Assembly: GCA_964415255.1 (NCBI GenBank)
Contig: CAYQAC010000009.1
Coordinates: 214 to 64,213, forward strand
DNA from: an uncultured Polyangiaceae bacterium
Lineage (GTDB): Bacteria; Myxococcota_A; Polyangia; Polyangiales; Polyangiaceae
Reading direction: 5' to 3'
Length of the DNA: 64,000 nucleotides
Shown piece after piece: positions 34,019-42,927 of this stretch (within the stretch, counting starts at the first letter, position 1; each line of letters begins with the position of its first letter). The notes below the pieces were generated by a model. That model was not told where the DNA came from. It saw only the letters and a program-made list of their open reading frames with translations, and did not search any database. Made by a program: the position numbers and the translations under genes.

Positions 34019-34106
34019 GGGCGCGGCGATTCGCGGCGCGAGGCTTCAGGCGAGCTGCCGCGCGCCGTGGAGCTGCGCCATGGAAGGTCTCCTCGGGTGA
34101 GTTCTA

Positions 34107-34127
34107 ATTTTTGGGGGGTTGGGCACC
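34107..34127 (+). repeat. REP-C copy, forward
   Basis: ATTTTTGGGGGGTTGGGCACC, in the convergent gap, abutting the birA stop. Confidence 0.75.
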
Positions 34128-34132
34128 TAGCC

Positions 34133-35005
34133 TCACGTCTGTGGCGCTGTGGGCACCACCTCCCCCAGCACCTCCACGCTCCCGGAGCGGACCCGCGTGA
34201 GCGCGCCGCCCTCCTCTTCGATCAGCAGCGCGCCGTCGGTGGCGATGCCGCGGCCGATCGCGGCGCGCCCCTCCACCTGGAGCCGCCGGCCGAGCAGGCC
34301 GTCGTGCCGCCGCAACTCCGGCAAGATAGAAGTCAGCCCGGCTGACGTGAGCTGGTTCACGCGCCGCTCAAGCTCCACCAAGAGCTCCGCCAAGGCGCGC
34401 TCTCGGCGCGGCGGGGCGCTGGTGAAGTGCGCCACGCTGGTGGCGCCGGACAACTCCGGTGGCAGCTGAGCGTGCCGGAGGTTCAACCCAACCCCCACCA
34501 CGGCCGACGCGAGCTCAGCGCCGCGGAGCTGACTCTCCACCAGCACGCCCGCTACCTTGAGGCCCTCGATCCAGATGTCATTCGGCCACTTGATCTGAAC
34601 GCTGGGCGTCTGCGTGGCGAGGGCGGGTTTCAAACCCGCCCCTACGAGCGGATCGCCTGGTGACTGGGCCCCGGTGCGCGTCCAGCGCTCGACGGCGTCG
34701 CGCAGCGCCAGGCCCACTGCTAAGGTTACCTGACTTATGACGGTGGGGGCCAGGCGCGGGCGGAGCAGCACGGAGCAGAGCAGATCTTCCCCCGGGGCGC
34801 CGTCCCAGCGCTTGCCTTGGCGACCGCGACCCAGTGTCTGCTGGTCGGCGACGAACACGGCGCCGTGCGGCGCGCCCGCCTTGGCGGCCTCCGCGGCGTC
34901 GTCGTTGGTGGAGCCAGTGACGGCCAGGTGGGTGAGCGGCGCGCCGAGGGTGCCGCCGCCGGCTTCACGCAGGGCCTGCTCAAACAAGGCTGGGTCGAAG
35001 CTCAC
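34133..35005 (-). CDS. birA: biotin-[acetyl-CoA-carboxylase] ligase (no N-terminal HTH seen)
   Basis: GTG start at 35005 (VSFDPALF). GRGRQGKRW, KWPNDIW, VGVGLN. The longer ORF up to 35326 overlaps the divergent aminotransferase region and is unlikely to be real. Confidence 0.85.
   Translation of the reverse strand: MSFDPALFEQALREAGGGTLGAPLTHLAVTGSTNDDAAEAAKAGAPHGAVFVADQQTLGRGRQGKRWDGAPGEDLLCSVLLRPRLAPTVISQVTLAVGLALRDAVERWTRTGAQSPGDPLVGAGLKPALATQTPSVQIKWPNDIWIEGLKVAGVLVESQLRGAELASAVVGVGLNLRHAQLPPELSGATSVAHFTSAPPRRERALAELLVELERRVNQLTSAGLTSILPELRRHDGLLGRRLQVEGRAAIGRGIATDGALLIEEEGGALTRVRSGSVEVLGEVVPTAPQT
34621..34645. repeat. REP-A palindrome inside the birA coding sequence
   Basis: GGGCGGGTTTCAAACCCGCCCCTAC, reverse complement of the 97-121 copy. 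Read in frame as VGAGLKPA. Confidence 0.85.
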
Positions 35006-35071
35006 GGCAGACTCCTGGGTGTGCGCGGTAGCCGCTTGAGGCGGCCAGCGCCAGCGGGCATCCTGAGCGCG

Positions 35072-36313
35072 ATGCCGAGCCAGCGCATACCTCACCTCAC
35101 GAGTCGCCTTCAAGGCTTCGGCACCACCATCTTCGCCGACATCACGCGCCTCGCGCTCGAGCACGGCGCGGTCAACCTGGGCCAAGGCTTCCCTGACTTC
35201 GATGGCGCGAGCGACATCAAGGAGGCCGCCAAGGCGGCGCTCGACGCGGGGCACAACCAGTACGCGCGGAGCCACGGCGTGCCGGCGCTGAACGCGGCCA
35301 TCGCGGCGCATCAGCGTCAGGCTCACGGCCTTGAGTACGACCCAGACAGTGAGGTGACGGTGTACTCCGGCGCGACGGAGGCGCTGGCCGTCGCGCTCCA
35401 GGCCTTGTGTGAGGTGGGCGACGAGGTGGTGCTGTTCGAGCCGGTCTACGACTCGTATCGCGCCGGGATCGCCATGGCCGGCGCCACCCCGCGTGTGGTG
35501 CCGCTCGACGTGAGCCCGCCGTCAGCGCTGGGCCCCGGTGATAAGGCAGCAACGCTGACTACAGCGCGCTTCACCTACGACCAGGGGGCGCTCGAGCGCG
35601 CCATCAACGCCAAGACGCGGCTGGTGCTGTTGAACACGCCGCACAACCCGACGGGTAAGGTGTTCACCCGCGCGGAGCTTGAGCACATCGCAGGCTTGTG
35701 CGTTCAGCACGATCTCATCGCGGTGACGGACGAGGTGTATGAGCACCTGGTCTACGAGGGCAGCCACCTCTGCCTCGCGTCCATGCCGGGGATGAAGGAG
35801 CGCACCGTGGTGATCTCGTCAGCGGGCAAGACGTTCTCCTTCACTGGCTGGAAGGTGGGCTGGAGCACGGCGCCAGCCGCGCTCACCCGCGCCCTGCGCG
35901 TCGCGCATCAGTTCATCACCTTCGCCACGGCGACGCCGCTCCAGCACGCGGTGGCGAGCGCGCTCGGCGCCGGGGAGGAGCGCTACCGTGAGCTCGCTGC
36001 GAGGTACCGCGCGCTGCGCGATCGGCTGGGCGCAGGGCTCCAGGAGCTGGGCTTCTTGGTGCACCTGCCGGAGGGTGGCTACTTCATCTGCGCTGATATC
36101 CGGCCGTTGGGGCTCCGGAGCGGCCGCGCGCTGTGCCAGCGCCTGCCTGAAGTAGCAGGCGTGGCCGCGATCCCGGCATCGGCATTTTACCTGACGGATG
36201 GCGCGGGGGACGAGCTAGTGCGTTTCGCCTTCTGTAAGCGCGAGGCGACGCTGGATGAAGGCCTCGCGCGGCTTCATAAGCACCTGAGCGCGATCCGCGC
36301 GCTTGGGGTGTGA
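35072..36313 (+). CDS. class I/II pyridoxal-phosphate aminotransferase (YbdL/methionine aminotransferase-like)
   Basis: Start at MPSQRIPHLTSRLQGFGTTIF. NLGQGFPDF, NTPHNPTGKVF, SSAGKTFSFTGWKVGW (PLP lysine region). Confidence 0.85.
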   Translation: MPSQRIPHLTSRLQGFGTTIFADITRLALEHGAVNLGQGFPDFDGASDIKEAAKAALDAGHNQYARSHGVPALNAAIAAHQRQAHGLEYDPDSEVTVYSGATEALAVALQALCEVGDEVVLFEPVYDSYRAGIAMAGATPRVVPLDVSPPSALGPGDKAATLTTARFTYDQGALERAINAKTRLVLLNTPHNPTGKVFTRAELEHIAGLCVQHDLIAVTDEVYEHLVYEGSHLCLASMPGMKERTVVISSAGKTFSFTGWKVGWSTAPAALTRALRVAHQFITFATATPLQHAVASALGAGEERYRELAARYRALRDRLGAGLQELGFLVHLPEGGYFICADIRPLGLRSGRALCQRLPEVAGVAAIPASAFYLTDGAGDELVRFAFCKREATLDEGLARLHKHLSAIRALGV

Positions 36314-36330
36314 ACTCGCTGCGCCATCCG

Positions 36331-36362
36331 GGCGCGGTGCCGTCTAACCCCCCCAAAAAAAA
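36331..36362 (-). repeat. REP-C copy, reverse
   Basis: GGCGCGGTGCCGTCTAACCCCCCCAAAAAAAA. Confidence 0.8.
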
Positions 36363-36383
36363 CATTCCACGAGTGAAGACGGA

Positions 36384-36461
36384 GCCGCTCCTCACGTCCC
36401 CTGCGCCTACCCGAAGAATGATTTTCCGCGGATAAAAACTGGGCCGCTCCTCACGTCCCCT
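36384..36461. repeat. 19-nt direct repeat pair duplicating the GMC oxidoreductase 3' end and stop
   Basis: GCCGCTCCTCACGTCCCCT at 36384-36402 and 36443-36461. The second copy contains the real stop (36451-36453). The 40-bp spacer is AT-richer. Confidence 0.85.
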
Positions 36462-38040
36462 TGGCTGGGATGGCGCTGATGGCGCGCTCGGCGAGGGCGC
36501 AGATGGTGAGCGAGGGGTTCACGCCGGGGTTGGCGGAGATGGCGGAGCCGTCAATCACGTAGAGCCCCGGGTAACCGAACACCTGGTGCTGCGCGTCGAT
36601 CACGCCAAGGCTCGCGTCTTCACCCATGGGGCAGCCGCCCAAGATGTGCGCGGTGGTGGGGATGTCGAACACCGTGTCCGGCAGCCCAGCGAACGGCACG
36701 CCGCCCACCAGTTTTGCGAGCGCGTGCGCTAGCTCGGTCGCTTCGGGGATGGTCGCGGTGGGCGCCTCGCCGTCCTCTAGCTCGGTGACGAGCCCGAGCT
36801 TCATGCCGGTGAGCGCTGAGCGGCCGAGGCTGAAGCGGAGCGTGCCCTCGGTGGTCTTCATGTAAAGGAGGATGATGGTGTGCTTCGCCCAGTCCCCCAC
36901 CGTGAGCGCGCGCAGCACCTGCCTTGGGTGCTTGAGGAACAGCCCCAGGGTGCGCGCGAGCCGCGCCGGCGCGGAGCCGCCGCCGCTGATGTGCGGTGTT
37001 TGCAGCAGGCGGAAGAAGCCTGAGCCCTCTCCGTAGCGCACCACCTCCAGGTGCGCGCTGTCGCTGATCTGGAAGATGGAGCCAATCGCGATCCCCTTGG
37101 ATAGATCGCGGCTTCGGTCAGGTACAGTGACGAACAAGAGCGACTCGGAGTTGGTGCGTACCTGGGTGCCGAGGCGCGCGGAGAGCTTCGGCAGGGCGCC
37201 CTCGTCTTGGCGCTGGCGGAGCAAGAGCTCATTGGTGCCCAGGGCGCCGGCGGAGACGATGACGCGGGTCGCGGTGAAGCTCAGCTGCTCGCGCGCCTTC
37301 TTGCCGCCCAGCTTGCGCTGCATTTCTACACGGTAACCGCCGCCTGGCAGCGGCACGATGCGCGTCGCCTCCGTCTCCGAGAGCAGGCGGAGCCCGCGCT
37401 TCTCCGCGAAATAGAGGTAGTTCTTGTCGAGGGAGTTCTTGGCGTCGTGACGGCAGCCCGTCATGCAGGCGCCGCAGCGGATGCAGCCGGTGCGGTCAGG
37501 CCCCTCACCGTTAAAGTAAGGGTCACTCACCTTAACGCCTGGCTGACCGAAGTACACGGAGACGTGGGTGGGCTCGAAGCGGTCCCCCTGGCCCCGCGAC
37601 TCAGCCAGCTGCTTCAGCAGCTTGTCTGGCTGCGTGGTGAAGGGCGTGGGGGTGGCGCCCAACATGCGGAGCGCGGTCTGGTAGTGCGGCGCGAGCTCGC
37701 GCTCCCAGTCAGCCAAGCTGCCCCAGCCGGAGCTCTGGAAGAAGCTCGTCTTGGGGATGGGCAGCGTGTTCGCGTAGGTGAGGCTGCCGCCGCCCACCCC
37801 GGCGCCGGCCAGCACCGTCACGTGGCGAAACCAGCGCAGCTGAAAGAAGCCCTCGCAGCCGAGGGCGGGCTCCCACAGCCAGCGCTTGATCTCCCAATTG
37901 CTCTCCGGGAAATCTTCCGCACGGAAACGCTTGCCCTGCTCGAGCATCAGCACGTCGTAGCCCTTCTCCACCAGGCGCAGCGCGGAGACGCTCCCCCCGA
38001 AGCCAGAGCCGATGATGATGAAGTCGTGATCGAAGGCCAT
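36451..38040 (-). CDS. GMC-family FAD oxidoreductase (cholesterol oxidase-like)
   Basis: FIIIGSGFGGSVSALRLVEKGYDVLMLEQG Rossmann motif. C-terminal TAHILGGCPMG and NPSLTI motifs. Confidence 0.85.
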   Translation of the reverse strand: MAFDHDFIIIGSGFGGSVSALRLVEKGYDVLMLEQGKRFRAEDFPESNWEIKRWLWEPALGCEGFFQLRWFRHVTVLAGAGVGGGSLTYANTLPIPKTSFFQSSGWGSLADWERELAPHYQTALRMLGATPTPFTTQPDKLLKQLAESRGQGDRFEPTHVSVYFGQPGVKVSDPYFNGEGPDRTGCIRCGACMTGCRHDAKNSLDKNYLYFAEKRGLRLLSETEATRIVPLPGGGYRVEMQRKLGGKKAREQLSFTATRVIVSAGALGTNELLLRQRQDEGALPKLSARLGTQVRTNSESLLFVTVPDRSRDLSKGIAIGSIFQISDSAHLEVVRYGEGSGFFRLLQTPHISGGGSAPARLARTLGLFLKHPRQVLRALTVGDWAKHTIILLYMKTTEGTLRFSLGRSALTGMKLGLVTELEDGEAPTATIPEATELAHALAKLVGGVPFAGLPDTVFDIPTTAHILGGCPMGEDASLGVIDAQHQVFGYPGLYVIDGSAISANPGVNPSLTICALAERAISAIPAKGT

Positions 38041-38142
38041 GGCTCAGGTGTAGTGGAGCTTCGCCTGGGGCACTAGCAAGAGCCATGCGCCATGGGCGCG
38101 GGCAGGGGGCCGCCGTGAGGTGGCTCAGGTCGCGGTGCCACT

Positions 38143-38166
38143 CAGCGCGGTGCCGTCCAACCCCCC
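38143..38166 (-). repeat. REP-C copy, reverse
   Basis: CAGCGCGGTGCCGTCCAACCCCCC. Left arm of an inverted pair with the 38239 copy. Confidence 0.8.
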
Positions 38167-38238
38167 GATCTAGCTTTGAAATCGCTCCTCATCAGGCGCG
38201 AAGTCCGCTCAGTGGGGAGGCGAGCAGCTTAGGGAAGA

Positions 38239-38270
38239 GGGTTTGGGGGTTTGGCGAGTCGCCGCGCTGG
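38239..38270 (+). repeat. REP-C copy, forward
   Basis: GGGTTTGGGGGTTTGGCGAGTCGCCGCGCTGG. Right arm of the inverted pair. Confidence 0.8.
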
Positions 38271-38435
38271 CGTACCGGCATCACCCACAGCGGCGTGTCG
38301 TCGCAGGGGCCGCCGTGGCCGTCTTACGCACAAGATTTGGCCCTCCCCGAGGCGCTCACGGGACAATTCGAGGCGAGCTTCGGTCGACCACGCGCCCTCC
38401 GCGAGTCGGCAGGACCTCTCAGGAGAGGACCCATC

Positions 38436-39185
38436 ATGCAGGCTGTTCCACTCCCTCACCGCGTCTCCCCTAGCGACTGGCTGATCACGAGCGGCGCCCA
38501 GGTGGTGGGCCCGGTCCCCACCGGGCTCTTCCTGCGTGGCGTCGCACATGGCAGGGTGCCTGACTATTGCCGCGCGAAGCAGCCCACGTGGCGCGGCTAT
38601 CGTGCGCTGCGGGAGATCCGTGAGGTGCAGGGGCTCGAGCGCTACCAGCGCCTGATGGGCCCCCTGTGGCGCCCAGAGCCGGATTTTCAGCTGCCAAGCG
38701 CGCGCGAGGACGCGCGCCTGCGCGCCTCGGCAGAGCTGCTCTCCGCGGAAGACCTTGGGGAGACGCTGCTCGTGGCGCTGAGCTTCGTGGCAGAGCTCAC
38801 GAAAAGTGAGGTTGGCTTACTGCATCGCTTCCGCGAGCCCTACATCGGGATGGTGACGTCTTACGTGCGTGGTGAGCGGCTGTGGCACCAGCTGGGTGAG
38901 GTGTTGAAGCCGAGCGACCCAGCGGTGGTCTCCGCGTGTCAGCGCCGGCCGGTGATCGGCAGCGCCTTCGCGCAGGCTGCGCAGATCGCCGTGGCGCGGC
39001 GCCTGGGCGCGTTCCGCAGCGACGGGCGGCTCGGCGGCGTGGCGATGCTGCCCATCTTCGGCGGGCGGCGCTTGCTCGGCATGGTGGAGCTCGGTCGCAC
39101 GGGGCGCGGTTTCCGCGCGGCAGACAAGGCGGCGCTCGAGGGCGTGGGTGAGGCGCTCACGGAGCGATTGGGCGCCTTCGTTTAG
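38436..39185 (+). CDS. GYF_2-like plus GAF domain protein
   Basis: ATG preceded by AGGAGAGG. N-terminal W..SG.QVVGPVPTGLFLRGVAHGRV (GYF_2/DUF4339-like). C-terminal GAF-like region (GLLHRFREPYIGMVT...GVAMLPIFGGRRLLGMVELGR). Confidence 0.6.
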   Translation: MQAVPLPHRVSPSDWLITSGAQVVGPVPTGLFLRGVAHGRVPDYCRAKQPTWRGYRALREIREVQGLERYQRLMGPLWRPEPDFQLPSAREDARLRASAELLSAEDLGETLLVALSFVAELTKSEVGLLHRFREPYIGMVTSYVRGERLWHQLGEVLKPSDPAVVSACQRRPVIGSAFAQAAQIAVARRLGAFRSDGRLGGVAMLPIFGGRRLLGMVELGRTGRGFRAADKAALEGVGEALTERLGAFV

Positions 39186-39353
39186 CGCTGAAGGCTGAGG
39201 ATGCGCGCTGCCATGGTTTGGAGCAGCGCGCGGTGAGCTTGGCCCACGTGGCCAGCGCGCCTGGGCTGGGGCCCCTCCTGCTGCGCAGGAAGCTCGACCG
39301 CTGAGATCTTCTGACACAGCGGAGCGCCCCCGCTTCGTGGTACAGCGCTGGGT

Positions 39354-39905
39354 ATGGCTGAAGAGGTCATTGATGCGTTCACGGCGGAGGCGCTGTTCGC
39401 CGAGCTGTTCCTCCGCTGGTACAAGCCGCTCGAGCGCGAGGTCCATGGGGGCGTGCTGGCTGCCGCGCAGGAGCCGCTCGGCGCGCGCCCTGCATCGGAG
39501 CTGCCGGAGCATGCGCGCGGCGTCATCCTGCGTCAGCTGGAGCGGATGACGGAGGCGGCGCAGCAAGATCAGGCGCGTTTCCTTCCGGAAAATGGTCAGC
39601 TGGGCGCCCAGTGGCTCAGGACCTTCGAGCGCGCCTTCACCGTGGAGGAGGCGCGGAACCTCGTTGTGATGGCCGACCCGGAGGATCGCAATAATGATTT
39701 TGTGGTGCTCTGCTGCGAGGTCGCCGCGGCCTTCGGTCACCTGCTGAAGGAGGCGGACCCCACCCTGGAGTGGATCCCCGAGGCCCCTTATTGGGAGAGC
39801 TGGCTATTCCGCCCAGCGGACAACATGAAGCTGCACCCCTTCGCCGCCACGCTGCGCTTCATGAGCACCAGCCGCGGTGGGCTGTTGTCAGATTGGCTGA
39901 CGTGA
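39354..39905 (+). CDS. hypothetical protein
   Basis: 183-aa ORF with balanced, protein-like composition. No family recognised. Preferred over the 307-aa antisense ORF 38817-39740. Confidence 0.5.
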   Translation: MAEEVIDAFTAEALFAELFLRWYKPLEREVHGGVLAAAQEPLGARPASELPEHARGVILRQLERMTEAAQQDQARFLPENGQLGAQWLRTFERAFTVEEARNLVVMADPEDRNNDFVVLCCEVAAAFGHLLKEADPTLEWIPEAPYWESWLFRPADNMKLHPFAATLRFMSTSRGGLLSDWLT

Positions 39906-39960
39906 TCCGTGCAGGCACTGGTGCCGTGGTGAGCTGTTGTCAGATTGGCTGACGTGATCC
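39881..39960. repeat. 28-bp direct repeat pair duplicating a gene 3' end and stop
   Basis: GCTGTTGTCAGATTGGCTGACGTGATCC at 39881-39908 (includes the stop at 39903-39905) and 39933-39960. Each has a GTCAG-ATTGG-CTGAC hairpin. Confidence 0.9.
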
Positions 39961-39987
39961 TTGCATGCGGTGGAGAGTCCCGCGGCG

Positions 39988-40635
39988 CTACTCTGGGTCG
40001 GTGACTTGCGCTGCATCCCACAGCTCGAAGTAGCGCTCACGCACCGAGGGGTCGAGCGCTTCACCGAGTGTGCGCGGCAGGTTCGCGTGCTTGATGAGCT
40101 CTTGCACGTCAGCCAGATCTTTCAAACGGTGGCTCGCGGTCATGCCCGAGGCGAGCTTGAGCTCGATGAGCGCGTGAGCTGGTAAGAGCGCGACGCGCTC
40201 GCCGCGGATCGCGATGGCCTCTGGATCGGGGAATGACACCGCCTTGGGTTTGCCGTCGCCCGGGTACTCGCCTGTGAGCAGCACATCGATCATCACGTTG
40301 TGCTCGGTGTCGCGAAAGCCTTTACTGCCAGGAAACTTCTCGACATACCCTCTGCCGAGCCAGGCTGCTTTGAAGGCCTCGAGCCCAGCGGGAGTCAAGA
40401 GCACGTCGACATCGGCGGTCATGCGCTGGTAGCCATATTCATTGAGCGCCATCGCCCCGCAAATGGCGTAGGGGATCGACATCTGTTCGAGGGTCTCGGT
40501 GAGCCTCAAAAGAGCTCTCTGAACATCGGCCGTTCCCATGAAGAACTCCTCCGCGCGAGCAACGCCAGCAAAAAACCGCGCCTCGCGCTCCGGCGGCAGC
40601 GTTCGCGCTTCGCGCTCGTGGAGACCACGCGACAT
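39988..40635 (-). CDS. nucleotidyltransferase-fold protein (MNT/AbiEii-like superfamily)
   Basis: CGAMALNEYGYQRMTADVDVLL fits the G-x(9-13)-DxD NTase signature. Visibly lower GC than its neighbours. The start may be the internal MGTADVQ (40539). Confidence 0.55.
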   Translation of the reverse strand: MSRGLHEREARTLPPEREARFFAGVARAEEFFMGTADVQRALLRLTETLEQMSIPYAICGAMALNEYGYQRMTADVDVLLTPAGLEAFKAAWLGRGYVEKFPGSKGFRDTEHNVMIDVLLTGEYPGDGKPKAVSFPDPEAIAIRGERVALLPAHALIELKLASGMTASHRLKDLADVQELIKHANLPRTLGEALDPSVRERYFELWDAAQVTDPE

Positions 40636-40814
40636 CCTCCGAGGGTAGCATGGGACCTCGGGCGAGCCGGCTCGATTCCGTGTCGACCAGAGTATCCCGG
40701 CCTGAGTACGGTGGGCTCAGCAGGTGGGCAGGGTGGGCGTTTTCTTCAGGGCGGGAGTAAGGCTCAGGGGTGAGCTGGGGAGGGCAAGCGAACCCGGGCG
40801 TGATCCTCGGGTAG

Positions 40815-41054
40815 CCTTGGCGGTGGCGCGCGTATTACGGCCTGCCCACGGTGGCTGAGCTGAGCAGCCTGGTGTCGGGGCGGAAGACAGAAGCTCCCTA
40901 CATTGATCTGACTCTATTCCCTGGTGCGCAATCGGATGCTTACTGGAGCGCCTCTCCGGTCTCCGGTTCGTCCGTCGGCTGGTCCGTGTTCTTCCACAGC
41001 GGCGCCACCAGCGATACCGCGCCCAATCCGCACCGGGCTCGCTGCGTTCGCTAA
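40815..41054 (+). pseudogene. C-terminal remnant of a DUF1566 (Lcl C-terminal-like) domain protein
   Basis: Reading frame open from the stop at 40812: ..YYGLPTVAELSSLV...YWSASPVSGSSVGWSVFFHSGATSD...ARCVR matches the WRLPT..EL..L / YWSS / VRCVR pattern as I recall it. No signal peptide or N-terminal half. Confidence 0.4.
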
Positions 41055-41057
41055 CCC

Positions 41058-42152
41058 TCACCCCGTCAGCCCCCGCGCAATGCCCGCCAGCACCTTAACC
41101 ATCGGCCCAAACCGCAGCGCGGACTCGCTGGCGGCGTTGCCGTCGAGGCCGCGGCGGTAGACGCCTTGGAGGATGGCGGCCAGGCGGAATAGGCCGAAGG
41201 CAATGAAGGTGTCGAGCTCGGCGGGGGGCTCTCGTCCGGTGGCTTCGGCGTAGGCTAGGGTGAGCTCGCTCTGGCTGGGGATGCCGAGCGCCTCGATGTT
41301 TGCTCCCACGTAGCCGGAGCCGGTGAAGCCGCCGGCGGGCAGGTGGTACAGCATCAGGTGGTAGCCGAGATCTGCCAGCGGGTGACCCAGGGTGGCGAGC
41401 TCCCAGTCGAGCACGGCGCGCACTTCGCTCGCCTCGGGAGCGATGATCAGGTTTTCTAGGCGGAAATCGCCGTGCACGATGCGCGTCTCGTCGTGGCTCG
41501 GGACATGCTCCGGGAGCCAGCGGATGAGGGCGTCCATGTCGGCTATCTCGCCTGTCTTGGAGGCCTCATATTGGTCAGCCCAGCGCCGCACCTGGCGCGC
41601 CATGTAGCCGCCCTGTTTGCCGAAATCCTGGAGGCCCACGTCACTTGGGTCAATCAGGTGCAGCGCCGCTAGCGTGCGCACCGCCGCGAGGCAGATGGCG
41701 CGCCGCTCAGGCGCCGTGACCTCGGGCATCAGCGGGCTGCGGAATAGGCGCCCTTCGACGTGATCCATCACGTAGAACGGCGTGCCGATGATGCTCGCGT
41801 CTTCACACAGCATGCGCACCCGCGGCACCGGCACCGCGCTGCCTTGCAGCGCCGAGAGCACGCGGTGCTCGCGCTCGATGGCGTGCGCCGAGGGGAGCAG
41901 CTTCCCCGGCGGCTTCTTGCGCAGCACCAGGCGCTGGTCACCTAAGCTGACCAAGAAGGTGGGGTTCGACTGACCCCCCTTGAACTGCTGCACCGTCAGG
42001 TCTCCGTCCTGACCCAGCGCCGCCGCCAGGGTGCGCCGGAGCGCGTCTTCATCGAAGCGGTGCGCCTCACGCACCGCGGAGAGCTCCTTTGCGCCCAATG
42101 AGTCCGTCATGGCGCTCAGCCTACCAAACGCGCCTCTCCGTGAGTCACCCAA
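41058..42152 (-). CDS. phosphotransferase (APH/choline-kinase-like) family protein
   Basis: GGQSNPTFLV, Brenner motif HGDFRLENLI, DWELATLGHPLADL. The start may be the internal MTDSLG (42110). Confidence 0.8.
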   Translation of the reverse strand: MGDSRRGAFGRLSAMTDSLGAKELSAVREAHRFDEDALRRTLAAALGQDGDLTVQQFKGGQSNPTFLVSLGDQRLVLRKKPPGKLLPSAHAIEREHRVLSALQGSAVPVPRVRMLCEDASIIGTPFYVMDHVEGRLFRSPLMPEVTAPERRAICLAAVRTLAALHLIDPSDVGLQDFGKQGGYMARQVRRWADQYEASKTGEIADMDALIRWLPEHVPSHDETRIVHGDFRLENLIIAPEASEVRAVLDWELATLGHPLADLGYHLMLYHLPAGGFTGSGYVGANIEALGIPSQSELTLAYAEATGREPPAELDTFIAFGLFRLAAILQGVYRRGLDGNAASESALRFGPMVKVLAGIARGLTG

Positions 42153-42216
42153 GCGCCGCGCTCACCCAGAACGATTCACCGCAGCGCCTGCCGGCGCACC
42201 CTCGCAGCGCACTCCG

Positions 42217-42246
42217 CCGCGGTGCCGTCCAACCCCCAAACCCCCC
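42217..42246 (-). repeat. REP-C copy, reverse
   Basis: CCGCGGTGCCGTCCAACCCCCAAACCCCCC. Confidence 0.8.
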
Positions 42247-42291
42247 GCCCGAAACGCGCGACGCACCCCGCGCCTCCCCCACAAGGCGCCT

Positions 42292-42807
42292 TCAAGCGCT
42301 CGGCTCGAGCAACCCCGTCAGCAGCTCATCTGCTTGAGTGTCCGTCAGCCCGAGGCCGGCCACCAGCCGCTCGTACAACACGCGCTCCTCCTCGGAGATC
42401 ACGTTGTCCGCCACCGCGACCGCGGCCGCGAGCACCGCCACGATTTGCGCGCGGATAGGGTCCGCCTTCAGCGCCTGGATGCAGTCTTCCAAGCAGCGCT
42501 CCTCACCGAACTCAGCGACGCGCTTGGAGGCGGCCTCGAGCATCGCCTCCATGTGCGCGGTGCGCACCCGGCCCTTGCTGAGCACGTCGAGCGCGCCGCG
42601 CAGCACCATGCGCTCCACGTTCAGCACGCGATGGTCAGCCGCCATCATCAAGTACATGGCCTCCGCCAGGCGGCCGTACTCGGTGACCACCTCGAGCGCC
42701 TCCACCAAGTTCAGGTCGGCGCTGGGCCAGTTGAGGGAGGGGCGATCCCCGCGGCGCTGCAGATCGTCGCGGAGCGCCTCGAGGCGTTGTCGGTGAAGCG
42801 CCAGCAC
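42292..42807 (-). CDS. TerB-like (tellurite-resistance TerB/DjlA N-terminal family) protein
   Basis: Two halves of amphipathic helices with ADHRVLNVERMVLRGAL and VADNVISEEERVLYERLVAGLGL, as in TerB. Confidence 0.55.
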   Translation of the reverse strand: MLALHRQRLEALRDDLQRRGDRPSLNWPSADLNLVEALEVVTEYGRLAEAMYLMMAADHRVLNVERMVLRGALDVLSKGRVRTAHMEAMLEAASKRVAEFGEERCLEDCIQALKADPIRAQIVAVLAAAVAVADNVISEEERVLYERLVAGLGLTDTQADELLTGLLEPSA

Positions 42808-42927
42808 GTCGCTTTTCTAGCTTCATCCGAGCGGGAAGCCAAGCGCACGCGAGCGCGCCGACTGGCAGGGAGCTCGCGACGTACCCTGTGTCCCGAGCGC
42901 GACGTCCAAGCAGCGTGCAGCGCTGCC

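Noticed and set aside
35006-35326. N-terminal 107 residues of the 397-aa birA ORF
   Set aside because: The conserved BirA sequence starts at VSFDPALF (GTG 35005). The extension overlaps the divergent aminotransferase start region and has shadow-like composition.
38817-39740. 307-aa minus-strand ORF
   Set aside because: It overlaps the GAF-domain gene and the 183-aa plus-strand ORF, has no motifs, and has Arg-rich shadow composition.
39988-40635. Nucleotidyltransferase as an intact toxin-antitoxin (AbiEii/AbiEi or MNT/HEPN) pair
   Set aside because: No partner ORF with an HTH/AbiEi or HEPN signature is adjacent. Upstream is only a domain remnant.
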